A stretch of 62,789 nt of DNA, the filler included, from Choristocarpus tenellus KU-1152 (taxonomy: Eukaryota > Protista > Phaeophyceae): NCBI GenBank assembly GCA_964200185.2. It is 10 parts of 10 records of this genome, joined end to end, with 100 filler letters (N's around TTAATTAATTAA, not from the genome) between each part and the next. Parts side by side here need not be neighbours in the genome. Positions count along the whole stretch, not along the records: positions 1 to 2,501 come from CAXNAD020027284.1; positions 2,602 to 10,551 come from CAXNAD020005351.1; positions 10,652 to 13,814 come from CAXNAD020021848.1; 7 more parts are not named here. One strand, given 5' to 3'. A program made the translations under genes and the position numbers. Positions 1-12,859 of this stretch are shown piece by piece. Under the pieces are notes generated by a model. The model ran no database searches and was not told where the DNA came from. It saw only the letters and a list, made by a program, of their open reading frames with translations. How positions within the stretch are numbered: the first letter of the stretch is position 1; each line of letters starts with the position of its first letter.

Positions 1-179
1 ATGAAAGGTGCGCACCAAGACATCCCAGAGGGTGCTTCAAACCTTCACACATGCAAATTGATGGTCTAGTAGAGGAAAGCTTGTGCCTGGTACGCATTGG
101 AGACTGTGCCAATTATAGACCCATTGTTGCAATTGTCTAGTCTAGCATAGGTGGAGGGGAGATGTCGAAGTGTGTTATT

Positions 180-441
180 GAATGAAACTATCTTAGAGGG
201 TACAAATTTTTCCCTGTTTGTCCATTTGGGGCTTGGCTTCCCATGATAGGTATTTTTATGACATTTTCCTACTCCAAAATGTTTAGGAGTAGGTAAAATG
301 TATACGTTATGAAAAGGTGCATCCGAAACATAGATATTGACACTTCCTAATAGACACGATAGCCAAAATTACATCAAAATTGCAACATTGTATTTTGACC
401 CCCAAATGGACACGGCTTTACCCTCTAAGATATTTTGGCTC
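180..441 (+). mobile_element. MITE family A, full-length copy (~260 bp)
   Basis: Terminal inverted repeats GAATGAAACTATCTTAGAGGGTA ... TACCCTCTAAGATATTTTGGCTC; aligns along its length with copies at 52158, 56041 and 56586; flanked by ATT/ATT. Confidence 0.9.
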
Positions 442-2501
442 ATTCTGTATAACATCGAAACACTAGCATTTTGCGACTGGACCCTACACTCTTTCAAGAA
501 GTCTTCTTTCCTACTTGTGTAATGACAAGGAGCAAAATGTAACGGGGGATACATTTTCCAAAATTTATTCTTGAGGTCGATTCTTGACATCTGGTGCCCC
601 GCATATGGTATACATTCTAATCTAAACATTGAAGCCTCCACTCCCACTCTGACTTCATCTTCTGTTCCATCCACTGCCCAGCTTGTGCAATGGTGAGAGG
701 GGTATCAATGAAGAGCTTGCTGGTGGCTGGTCTGTTGAGGTTACCGTATCCAAGGAGTCAGTGGGTGATGGGGGCGAAAAGGAGACTCTTGTGAGTGCCC
801 CTTGCAGACTGGTAGACCAGCAAGATAGACAAAAGGATGCTGTCATTATTGGTTTAGTGTGAACGATTTTGTAGATGGTTGTGCGTATGTGATGGGCACA
901 AACAGGTTTTGCCAACATGCAAGATATTTTCACGTTTATGACACCTAAGTAGGAAATCGATCCTTTCCGTCTCCTAACCACATACGGATCCCTCTAATGA
1001 CGCACACATCAAGTCACATAACTACTGTACTATCTGGTCTTAATTTTCATGGTCATGCTCAGCACTTGTTCCACGAAACGTTCTGTGAGGGTCAGGGAAT
1101 TAAATTTGAAACTCTTTCTTCAAGTACCAATCTCGAGTGAATGATCACAAGCATGAGGAGTACACAGGATGTACTAACACGTTGAAGGTTGGTCAGAACT
1201 AGATGGATTGCTTGCAATGTCAGTGACCCTGTCTGTCTGTGCAGATGTTCTATCTCGTGAACAGGTCTGCCTTGAGAATTCAAACTACGTCATCATCTTT
1301 GGTGCAGGTCCTCTCACCCCTCCACCCACCCCACTCTTTTCCTTTGCCATGATCTCCTCAAATTTGGTGCTATGCCGTGTCACCAATCTATACAGCTCCC
1401 ATCTGGTGTGGCCACTGACTCACAGATTGGGGTCAGGGGGTCAAAGGGCGAGGAGCGCACTCTCTCCCAGGTGCAGAAGGAGCCGTATCTTTTGCTGTCC
1501 TTGCCCCTTTCCTCACTGTGTTGTCACTTGATGTTGGGGGGATGGGGGGGTGTAGAGATGTTTGATGACCTCCCTTGACATGGCATTGGATTTAGTGCTC
1601 TACTACTAATAACTCATCTCCTCACTGCCTCCCTTTGCATTGTTTTGACAATCACTTTCTCTACTACAAAGTATAGACTACTGTATGCAGTAGTTCTGGG
1701 TCAGATGAAGTGTGAACAGGAAATATTGGGTACAATCTTTGCCGTGCACAGTAAACCTCAACCTGTTTCAGTACTTGGAATCATGCGGTGTACCCCCCTC
1801 TCTTGTTCCCACTCTTACATCACACAAAACTACAATTCTTAGGACAATGCCTTTCTCGGCATTGGTGGTCCTTGGGAAATCAATGGTGAACCACCACAAG
1901 TGACCCCAGTAGTATGCTTATTGCATTATATCAGAGTGTCACATGTCCAACAGGATTCCTAATTTCTGGAGTATACATGGCATAAGGTGTTAAACGTGTA
2001 CGTGACACAGTACCTGCAATGTCCTGCTGATGGTCAATCAATACCCCCTTTAATCAACTCATTATGGAAATTTGATTATTTTGTGCTGCCCCCCCTCCAC
2101 TCTTGGTTATGAGACCCTGAGGTTGCCTACCTTTGCTCACATTGGTGTCTTTGCTTTTCCTTGTCAATTTTTGTTGTGGATTGCCCTACCTCTTGTGTTT
2201 AATCCCATCTCCCTTCCTATCTGGTGGGTGGGAACAATTGTTTGTAGGTGCAGTCACACTGGCTTGGGAAGAAGTGTGACGGCGGAAGAGAGATGCCCCT
2301 CGAGGAAAAGCCAGGAACAGGTCAGGGGAGGGACAGAACTTGGGACCAGTTTAAGGCCAACGAATGGTGAGATACTATTATTGTACTGAGTAGTCAGTGT
2401 TTGTTCTGCTTGGCTCATCTTGATTGTAATGCATTGCAATATTTCCTTTGGCTTGCACCAGATGTTGATGCCAGTCTATCTAGTATTCATGTAGGATATG
2501 G

Positions 2502-2601
2502 NNNNNNNNNNNNNNNNNNNNNNNNNNNNNNNNNNNNNNNNNNNNTTAATTAATTAANNNNNNNNNNNNNNNNNNNNNNNNNNNNNNNNNNNNNNNNNNN
2601 N
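2502..2601. other. Artificial 100-nt linker (N44-TTAATTAATTAA-N44), first of nine
   Basis: Same spacer, with stops in all six frames, at 2502-2601, 10552-10651, 13815-13914, 17967-18066, 21161-21260, 45601-45700, 50117-50216, 57037-57136 and 60190-60289. Confidence 0.97.
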
Positions 2602-2920
2602 TCAAATAAAAGTTTCTAAAAAGTGGGGCCTGGGCCCCTTAAACAAAAAAACGTTTTTGGGGTCCCCCCCCCCCCCCCCCCTGCCATTGCCGTGAACAAC
2701 AGTGCAAGGCGTATTCTGTCATCGTTCTTCACCGTGGGGAGAATAAGTACAAACTGTAGCAACCCATGCTGTCAAAAACAGGAACAACTCAAAACAACAA
2801 CACTGTGGCCCAGAACACACAGTGAGATGAACAAAAGCCACATCCGTAACTGTACCATTTTTTTTTTTTACTTTTGTGTACGTTGATGCTTTTGCGAAAC
2901 CGAAATCCAATATCAAAATT

Positions 2921-2952
2921 CCCTAACCCTAACCCTAACCCTACCCTAACCC
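2921..2952. repeat. Interstitial telomere-like (CCCTAA)n tract
   Basis: ccctaaccctaaccctaaccctaccctaaccc; another tract (TTAGGG)3 near 21678-21698. Confidence 0.85.
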
Positions 2953-3450
2953 CACTGCCTCTTACGATGCCGTGACGGGTACAACAATGCCCGTGGCAAT
3001 CGTGCATCAACATGCATCTGACAGTTACACACTTACCACTACACACGGCTGGACAAACCTTCACAGAAGGCGCAAGCAGGTAGAGGGCTCTGCATTTCGC
3101 CGCACTCGAAGACACACTCGAACACGACACAAAGCCGTTAGAAGTCACTCCTTTGATCGATCAACCATCATGTACGCATTCACACACTTTCACGGTCGGG
3201 TACCCGGCGGACACGTGCTTGATTGGCAGCAGACTTCCTTCGCATGAGTCGCGCCCTTTCTTTGTGTCGGAAGCAACACCCTTGTCCTCCAGCTCCGGTC
3301 CCGACAGGTGGCATCCCCTAGCCGTGCAGGAACGGACTAAAAAAGGGGGCTCATTGCGCACAGAGACACAACTGGCGCAGAAAACAATTGTCCCCCAATA
3401 CCTGCATCCGATATCTAAGACGTGAGACATGAGCAACATGAGTGGCTCAC

Positions 3451-5847
3451 CTCGTTAGCATGGAACGTAGGCCCCACACGGCGTGCTCCCTGGCTGACAA
3501 ATGACCTCATGCGAATGTCGCCGGAGAGGCACACGCCTGCCAAGCCATCGGTGTAGTAACTGTTTTCCTCCATCACAGTTCCAGCCTTGTCCTTCTCCCC
3601 AAAAAACAGGCAGCACCTGGTCAGACTGGTACAGGAAACGGCGGAAAGAGAGTTAGGGGAAGAGTCCACAGAATGCCTTTCCAGGATTGACTAGCCACAC
3701 CAACAGGCGAATTCAATGATGCAGATGTCACTTGATCTAACAATGCTTCGAAGTACTACCTTTACCAAACAGGTCAACAGGAAACAAACACACACGCAGA
3801 CAGACAGACAGACAGACAGAGAAACAGACACAGACGCAAGAGACATTTTGTCCAAGACTATCCGTGGTACCTGGGGGGAACAGTACCTGCTTACAGTGGA
3901 TGCCATTGCCCCAACTTTGCTTGCCTCTGGGAAAACATAGTCCATTCCCTGCATCCAGTTCCCAAGCATATCCACCGACTGGGGTGTTGCGTATGTCAAG
4001 AAGATCAGGTTGCTTTCCTCCATGCCCTGCTCGCCAACCCCACTGTCCTTTGCCATCCTCATAGCACGCTTCCACACCGCAGGTGGGTCTAGTAAGTCTG
4101 GGACATCCATGTCAGTGAGATAAAAGGGTTGCACATCCACACCAGGGAGGGATGCCAGCGACAAACCAAAACACACTTGGTTTTCCACCTGTTGTCATTT
4201 CCGAGGCAAGCGTAATTTGACAAAACGTTGTACTGGAGGAGAAGGAGCGACTGTGGAAGTACAGTTACGTTGGTTTGTTGCTCTGGGGGTGAGGGCGATG
4301 CGAGTGAATGGCAGGCAGAAAGATGAACCAGAGCTCACTGTACTAGTAGAAAAGGAATGTTCAGAATAGACTGTGCACAGGGTGGAGGACATATCTCCTA
4401 GCATTTACTGGTCTTAAAAGAGTCCTACCATGCCACATCACTATCATTTACCCCTGTTGAGTGTTGGTCAGTTGGTGAACCCAAATCTCAATGAGAGCAT
4501 AGGAAGAAGACTTCCAAACCAGCCAATAGGTATTACTAGCTCATGGAGACGAGACATGCTCACCTCAGCTGGCTTTCTCTTGCCTTTCATTCCCACCACC
4601 CCAGCGGCACTGCACCCCACCACTGCACCAAGCCCTGGCAGGGCTCTGCGCAAGGCTGGCACCACACTCTGCAGTCGCTCTGCATTGCCGTAAATGCTTG
4701 AAACATGAACCAAAGCCAAGTCCAAGGACAGGCCATCTGGCATTTGGGCAAGAGCTTTTGTAGCAGCCTATGGAAATGTACGGGTGTCCAACGTCCAATA
4801 TCACCACCAGTGGTGGGTTAGAGACACAATGTGGCATGGAGGGTACAACTTAAAGTGTACGGTACCAGTACCGGACATAGCTTTGCACCGGTTTCTTTTG
4901 AAACGTTAAGAGGGCAAACTGCTATAGTATTGTCAGTCTCAAGCTCAAAGAAGACTGAAAGTCTTTGGCATCAAAATCCCTCTTGCATTTCCTCTCAAGA
5001 AATTCGGGAATTGATGTAAGGAAGGACCTGGCTACCCCCACTGCTAGTTGTATCTGGGGCAAATTCACAAGAGCACTGGTCTACACGAGTACATACTCAT
5101 GCTCTCACCTCTTCTATCGCTAGCTTGAGCTCTTTTTTGGTAGACATAGAAGATACCCACACCTGCGGTGCACCAACAACAGTGTTCGTTTCCTCAACCT
5201 CTCTGCTGCCCATGGACATCACAGATGCCCATGGCCGACCCATTGTGGTTCCTTTGAATGGGCTACAACACGAAGACTTTGCGAGTTTCTCTGCTCACAC
5301 ATGCGATAATGAACGGCGACGGGGTGCGAAGGAGGGGACGCAACCAGGTTGTATGATTGATTGCCTGAAGTGCGACATAAAGTCCTTGCTATTTCAAAGA
5401 TGCACCACTAGATTATTGCACATGCCATGGGTCAATGCATCAGTTCGTAAAGACACACCCACGCTGTAGCAAGGCATAGTGGCCGAGCAATAAACTCCTT
5501 ACTACACCAAGACGCGAACGGGTACGACGTGCGTGGTCAGGTATCATGTGAGCATATATGCCAAACCCATGCAGTGAGATCCCATTCTCGGTAGTAGACT
5601 GGGCTAGGTCTCAACAAGAAAGTAAACACCTACCATGCTAAGGTGATATATTGGGTTAGAGACAGTTGATGCACTTACTTTCTATGCAAGGGGTTTGTCC
5701 CATCCACCTGCTGGACACATCACCCACTGGGCCCTGTCTAACCACAGGCCGTTGAAGAAAGCCTGACACCTGTACATAGGATGTCACTCCCGGCACAAAA
5801 ACCAGGAGGCCACATAGTGCACGAAGTTTACTTGGACATGGAAGCAT
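3451..5847 (-). CDS. FIST-domain protein with probable plastid-targeting presequence; 3' end not resolved
   Basis: Exons ~5847-5678, ~5290-5109, 4767-4564, 4188-3887, 3625-3451; the last three have clean GT-AG borders in matching phase. FIST-like motifs VWVSSMSTKKELKLAIEE, DLALVHVSS, VVGCSAAGVVG, FPEASKVGAMAS, GLAGVCLSG and SQGARRVGPTF. Hydrophobic N-terminus followed by VSG-F. Confidence 0.8.
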
Positions 5848-6037
5848 CACGTAAGTAAAGGAAAGGAGTGTTGATTCGTACGTTCAATCACATTGTGGGA
5901 GTTCCAATGTTTGATGGATGCGTGCGTGATGTGTAACGCACAACCAAATGTGAGGTTATAGGTCTTGGTCGAGGAACGAGAAACCAATTGACTTTGCCAG
6001 AACAAGACCCTCAGTAGGTCAAGAGCTTAGGGAAGCC

Positions 6038-6371
6038 ATGGACAATAATATTCTCGACGAAAAGGAGATCAGCATAACAGAGATACTCCCAAAGAACGGC
6101 CTTGTCTATAGCGAGAAAGCGAATCTTAGTGAGGTCAATAAATAAATCAAACCAGGACATCCCTTCATAGCGCCACCACCTGCCCATGTTCAAGGGACTA
6201 AATATCATTGTTCCTACCACAACTAAAGCTCCCCCTTCCATGCGCACACAGGTTTTGTGCAAACCCAAGATCTTGCCAATCAAGAGTATCACATTGCTCA
6301 AGATGGAGCAACTCGAAGAGGCCGCAAACGATTCACGGGGGCAAGATGTACCTAATACAGGTGGCACTTAG
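6038..6371 (+). CDS. BBIP1: BBSome-interacting protein 1 (BBIP10/BBS18), two exons 6038-6133 and 6252-6371, 71 aa
   Basis: Spliced translation ...ITEILPKNGLVYSEKANLSE|VLCKPKILPIKSITLLKMEQLEEAA... matches the BBIP1 signature EVLPKxG...VLCKPKLLPLKSxTLEK; phase-0 GT-AG intron. Confidence 0.9.
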
Positions 6372-7705
6372 ACCTCTGCTGGGCAGATGGAAGGAGGGAG
6401 GAAGATGTACCTGACAAAGTTGGTGCTTAGATCTCTGCTGGGCAGAAGGAAGGGAGAGTTGATGAGAAGATCACAAACCACACCATTCACGCTTCTAGAG
6501 GGGCGCTTGGGGGCTTTACAGCTCTTCGACATCGGAACTATGATACCTGCAGGATTGATTACATGGCAGGAAGGTGCTGAGACAGTGCGCTTTGACCGCC
6601 CAGTCCCCTACAACATTGTTGTCCTGCACAATATTCAGACACCAAGAAAGCAATCTTACCTTTTAAATATACAGTGGTTCGACCTGAACCCTCGCAGCAA
6701 GATCAAGTGCATTGGCAAGATGGGCCACACCTCGGCAAAGTGGCTACTTATGACCTGATTCTAGCAATTCATACCCAGATCTTGGTCAAGGTACACGGAC
6801 CGGGCTCACACTCTTTTCCAGGGAAAATCACTATAAGGGAGACCTTTTACATTCAGGGGAAGCAAGCCACCCATTTCCAAGTTAATTAAGTACCTGTTTC
6901 TCTGTTCAAGATACTCTACAAATCCTACTGTCGCAATGAGAAGAAGTGAGCTCCTGCAATGAGAGATGAATGAGTGAATGATGTAACCAAACAGGGGGGG
7001 GTGGCCTCAGGGTGTTTCAAAATCTGATGAAGCTTCAATAAATGCAAATAACCCCACACAACATAATCACTCCTAGGAACAAAATATGTTTAAGGTAAGA
7101 CGGGCACAAATCACAAGTTCTTCCAAGCAGCATGAGCACATAAATGGGTCCATTCTGATTAAATAACTACTAAATATTAGGTGTGGAATGTTGCAAGTAT
7201 GAGCACTTACATACAAACTTTACATGGAATCCTTGTTTGCCTGCAAGAAATTTCCAGAAAATATATATTTCTTTTTCAACTTCAAATTATGCGTATTCAC
7301 TGTGCATTATCATACCTAGTGGTAATACTCACTCCACTCTTGTTTTCTAGAATACCACCTGTGCTCTACCAGATGTTTCTGTTGAGAACTTTCTCGCACT
7401 GGAGCCAGTATGAGAAAGTTCCTGTCCATATTTTTTTCTCCGGTGTCTTTCCTCACCTATGCCTTCCTAAGGTGTTGCATACATGACAACCACCACACAG
7501 ATACAGTCGGGGGGAATGAAAGTTGCATCTACATATATATATATATATGGAACGCCACATGTGGAATTCCTAACTTTGCCACAGATTTGTATCGCCGCTA
7601 GGAACCAGCCTTATCAAAAAAACGTCTTTAAACACCCATTACAAGTCCTAATACCACGTCACAAAAATGAAAGAAAAGCAGGAAGATCCACAGTTAAACA
7701 AAACA

Positions 7706-10472
7706 CTACCTCTGCCCATCCGAATACCCGGAAATCTCCAACATTTCCTTGGTGCTGACAATTTTTTCCCTAGGCTTATCCCGTGCTTCCCCTCGTGTGA
7801 CTTCTTCTTTGTCTATCCGCTTGTAACCAGCCCAATCCACCACTTGGACCCCCCCCCCCTTTACCACTGGGTCTCCAGTCGCTGATCTCAAAGTACCATT
7901 GCCTCCACAAGGGTCACACTGTGCTGGATGGGCAGCACGTTCTCTCAGCAGTGGCAGCAGGCCGTGGTGCCCGGGTAGGGGCTTGTCCATACCTGGCAAA
8001 ATGCCACTCCTGCAAAGGGGGTCAAATGGTATATTGGTTCGGAAAATTTACAGTCTCAAGAATATAAACACGTATCTGCTGCAGGGCATCTCCAGTTGGG
8101 CAAAGGGTGGGTCATGGCACACACATAAAACCCACATCAAGTCAATGTGTGAAGAAATATGGATATGACTCATGGACTTGGGCTTGCTTCCCTCTGAGAG
8201 TGTAGCAATTGAAGTACTGCTTTGATTTGCCCACATTTAAGAGAGGAGTTCTTGGTATTCTTACAACACAAAACTGTCTTCAAACTTTTAAGCTTTGCAC
8301 AATTCTTGATTTCAACAATAGAGTGAGCTATCTCTACAGTAACCACTATGCATGAGATGTGATAGACACTAGACTGCTGCTATATAAATAGCTGCAAAGT
8401 ACTTCAGAGTTAAATGCATTTGTGCTAATAGTAGTACTATCCTGCTGCAGACAATACAGTTTCAAAAAAAGATTCGGAGATACTATGCACACAAATATCA
8501 TTGAAAAAAAGGTGTACCTTTTACCACATACACTTACTTGTCAAATAAAGCCAGCATTCAAGGAGATTGATCATGGAGCAAAGAGCATCACTCAGAGCAG
8601 TTGAAACAGGCTAAAGGTCACATCAACTCAATAAATATGCATTCACCAAGCAATATCCCCTAGCCCCCCCACCTGGGCATGATTTTCATACATGATACAA
8701 TGCAGTCCAACTTGATTTAACTAGCTCAATACATGACCCTTACTAGTCACAAAGGAATCAATCCTCTGTACTACTCTACCCTAGAATTGTTGCTCACAAA
8801 GATAGTTTGGGTGTGGGCATGATTTGTGTCTTCTCCACATGAGAACTCCCTTCGACTGGTGATGTGACATCACTTCCCACTCAACTGTTTTTTCGAGCAA
8901 CATAACGCCTTTTCACATCCAACACGCCTGCATTACATGACTTGAGAAAAAGGAGTGTGAGCCCAAGAGATTGCCACAGCAGTACAGTATACACCCAACA
9001 CATCTGGGCAACACGACCAAGAAACCAGTGTGTGAGCCCCAAAAGATTGCCATAGTACAGCGCCCTTGTCCATGAACCATGAACCATGAACCATGAACCA
9101 TGAGCCAAGAACCATGAATCGCGAACCGCGAACCATGAACCATGAACTGTGAACCACACAGTAGTGAAAAACACCATACTCAGGACCGTGTGTAGCATTC
9201 GCACAACACAACGTTACAGCAATGTACAAAACAAAGCTTTGTCCAGGTAACTTGTGTTTGCAAAACATCGGGCATCACAAACCAAATGACCCCAGGCACT
9301 GTCCAGGACAATGGGCACCACAGAGCAAATAGCCCCGAGTATTTGCTGGACAAATGATGCTACAGAGCAAACGGTACCTTACGAGCAAGTGCTGCCAACA
9401 AAAAAAATGTATATATATATTCTGCTCTTTCTTTTTTTTCACCACAGTTCTTTCATTACCGCCTCCTTCAATTACAACCTCTGTCCACAGGTTTGAGAAC
9501 ACCAAACCAATGCATGAAGTAATGAAAATAATTACAAGGCAACTGGTCATAGGCATTGTTCTGGACCACAGATGGAATGGGGCTAATACACTCTCCAGTG
9601 TTTTCTGGACTAGACACATCGCACAGCACATAGCGCCTAGCATTGGTAACTGACATTAGGTGCAAGCCTAGCTAGTGTTGGACAAGTAATGCTGAAGAGC
9701 AAATGGACAACTGGTAGTGTTACACAGCAATTGGCAGGTGTTATACGGCAACTGACAGGTGTTATACAGTCACCGACAGGCGTTATACAGCAATTGACAG
9801 GTGTTGTACACCAATTTACAGGTGTTATACAGTAACTGACAGGGGTTATATAGAAACTGAACCATAAGGAATATCTGCTCTGGTAGTGCATGCTGCAGAA
9901 AAAACGAGCCCTTATTTTGCTCAGGAAAAGAGACAATATGGGTCCAAGTATGGTCAAACATTCTGGAGCAACCTTAGCACTGAGCGCTACCTCATCCTGG
10001 GAATGAAAAATAATGTTTCGGAAGCCAATCGCTGTCTACATTGTACTGCTCCGTAGGCTCCTCTGTACTTGAGTGTATAAACAGTCAGAAATGAGAAGAG
10101 TTTCATGAGTGCAAGCAAGGGGTGCACCAGACGCCCTTCAAGTCGCCTCTCAACACATGCACAAGTAGGACAAGGCAACTAGTAGTAGATGGGATGCACT
10201 GGACATCTCCACCTGCAAACAGAGAATTGAAATGGTATCATTAATCTAACATGTATCTCCCAAGACTGTAGGCAGAGCATCTTTATACAGTTCAACTACT
10301 CCAACACACACCCGAACATTGGACTCTCAACCTTCAAACCTAGTACCTGATATCATCAGCAATGGCACCCACAACAGACTTGGCATCTGTGATGTTAGTT
10401 CCAATGATCCCGCTCGGTCCGCGGCGAGCCCACCCACTGCAATATATACCAGGCATTCCAGACACACGCCCA
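7706..10472 (-). CDS. FDXR: NADPH:adrenodoxin (mitochondrial ferredoxin) oxidoreductase, last two exons (10472-10347, 8009-7706); 5' part lies beyond the contig
   Basis: PGIYCSGWARRGPSGIIGTNITDA and VVDWAGYKRIDKEEVTRGEARDKPREKIVSTKEML are the conserved FDXR/ARH1 C-terminal motifs; phase-2 splice ATCAG|GAGT is consistent. Confidence 0.9.
9070..9155. repeat. (CCATGAA)n heptamer tandem repeat, intronic
   Basis: About 11 imperfect copies visible in the FDXR intron. Confidence 0.9.
9718..9852. repeat. 21-bp minisatellite (TGTTATACAGCAATTGACAGG) x~6, intronic
   Basis: Six imperfect adjacent units with a 21-nt period. Confidence 0.9.
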
Positions 10473-11666
10473 CTAAGAACACAAAAATGGATCAGGGGGC
10501 GTAGGGAGCGCGTTGATTGTTGCGCCACGGTGTCCATCACCATGACATGCANNNNNNNNNNNNNNNNNNNNNNNNNNNNNNNNNNNNNNNNNNNNTTAAT
10601 TAATTAANNNNNNNNNNNNNNNNNNNNNNNNNNNNNNNNNNNNNNNNNNNNGAAGAAAGGCACTTTTCGCGAGAAATTTTTACGCGCGCGCCAAACTCGC
10701 GTGAATATCTCCCCGATTTTGTACCAAGTCGCCCGAATACGATAATTCCGGTACAAAAGCCTATTTTTTTGAGTATGTCGAAAAAAGCGATACAAAATGG
10801 GTTTGGTACATAATAGTTGGTATAAAATAGGTGTAGGTAATGTATTGTTGTTTGAAAAAAGAACATTACAACTTCTCATAAGATCAATAGTTGGGAGGAA
10901 TAGGTCTTACGATAATATTACTTTCATAGGATTTATTCTGATATGTGAATAGTTTTGTTGATTTTTTTATGATATGTGTACAAAATGGTAGAGGGTATAA
11001 TAATATAATAATGTATACTACTACCACTATTATACTAGTGTAATGTACTCCATGTTTATAAATAAAAGAACACATTTGAGTAGAAGTTCGAAGTTTTGAT
11101 ATTTTCAAAGTTCTGTATTGTGGGATGTGTATGTCAAATGATACAAAATCAGAACTAATATAGTAAAATAAGTAAATATGTCAGGGACAAGTCACCTTTT
11201 TGGGGATCTCCGACATTGATGAGGATAATAGGCAGGGTCATATACATTTACGCTCGTCACCTTTTACGATTGAGGGCAGGTCAAGTGAAGTGGTGTGGAT
11301 CAGGCGCACGACTAGCACGCGGTAACCCCGACATGAACGGTGGATTCAAACCATAAAAGCCGAAATTGTGTTTTCTGTTTTGACTGGTCACAATCAATCA
11401 CATTGAAGATTGATCCACATGCACCCAGCATGCCTCAGGCTCATCTTTTACTTCCTTCCTGAACCTCATCTCTGGTGGTTCTCATCACTCCCCATCACAC
11501 AGAACTAGGCCCCATTACAAATAGATCATGTTTTCACATTTATTACAACTGCTACTTTTTTTACGTTTTTAGGGTTTGTTTTCCTCACGAGTTCTGGATG
11601 ATTAATTATTTATTCTATGTTTGCATTCCACTCATTCCCCTCCCCTCCACATTATACCACCACTTG

Positions 11667-12030
11667 TGACCAACCAGTGCGACCCCTTCACCAGTGATTT
11701 CCAGTCACCCCCCCCCCTTGCAATGACCAAGCAATGCGAACCCCATTCGCCATCATTGCGTTCCAGCCACTGCCCACCTCTGATGACCAACCAGTGAAAA
11801 TCCCCTTCGCCACTGATTTCCAGTCACCCCCCACATCTGATGACCAACCAGTGCAACCCCTTCGCCACTGATTTCCAGTCACCCCCTCCTTGCAATGACC
11901 AACCAATGCGAACCCCTTTCGCCATTGATTTCCAGTCACCTCTGATGACCAACCAGTATGAACCCCAGTCACCCCCCACATTTGATGACCAACCAGTGCG
12001 ACCCCTTCACCACTGATTTCCAGCCACCAC
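11667..12030. repeat. ~55-60-bp minisatellite, about 7 units
   Basis: Unit TGACCAACCAGTGCGACCCCTTCGCCACTGATTTCCAGTCACCCCCC repeated with indels. Confidence 0.9.
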
Positions 12031-12859
12031 CCCACCCTTCAACCCCACTCAACCCCCCACCAGTTACCACTCCCCCATACCATTCCATAATCATCCAAGA
12101 ACACCCCTTCATCATCCCCTTCGTACCATGCCTTCGAACTAGAAGACATCTACCCTGTCCGAACTTGACCTCCCCTCCATTTACCCAGCATCCCAATCGG
12201 TAGTGAGCAAGTGAAAGGGTGTGGGTGGATGGGAGAGCTTACTCAGAGGTTGTCTTGTTCTAGCCCTCCTCGTCCGGTACCACCAGCCCTAGGATTTCTT
12301 TACAAACTGACCATTCCTTCTTACCTTGTGCCTCCAACTATACCAACCACTTCTTTAACTCCTCTCCTACCTCTTCTACCTCCTAATCACTCAGTACATA
12401 ACTCTTCGTTCACCCCTTGACTACTTTTCTTTTTCTTTCCTCACCTCTACCTCCCCTGTACCACATTACTACCTGAATTCTCCCGCCCACAAAACTCAGA
12501 TTACTTCATAAACTTTCCCTTTATTCTGACATGTGAATAGTTTATCTTGATTTTTCCCCCACACATTTGCAAAATGCGAGAGGGCATAGTATTATAATAT
12601 CCAGGAAATCGTTTTGTTGGGTGAATTTCGTGGTTGCTTTTTTAAAACCAAAAATGTGACATTTTTTTACGAAGATACGAGTGGAAAGCAGGTCTGTCTG
12701 TTGTTATACCATTATTGCCATATGTATTATATACTGTCATACCGATTGAGGTTATTTTCTGAGAACTTCAGTTCAACTGTGTTGAGGATATTAGATACAT
12801 TGGGGGAGCAAATTGATTCACCCAAGCTCATATGGCTGAGGTGATCGAGAGACCTCGGT

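Noticed and set aside
2546-2557. TTAATTAATTAA palindrome repeated nine times
   Set aside because: Always centred in a 100-nt N block; an artificial six-frame stop linker.
11667-12030. CTGATGA...GAAA in the minisatellite as a hammerhead ribozyme array
   Set aside because: GAAA follows CTGATGA in only one unit, and no stem II closes in the required register.
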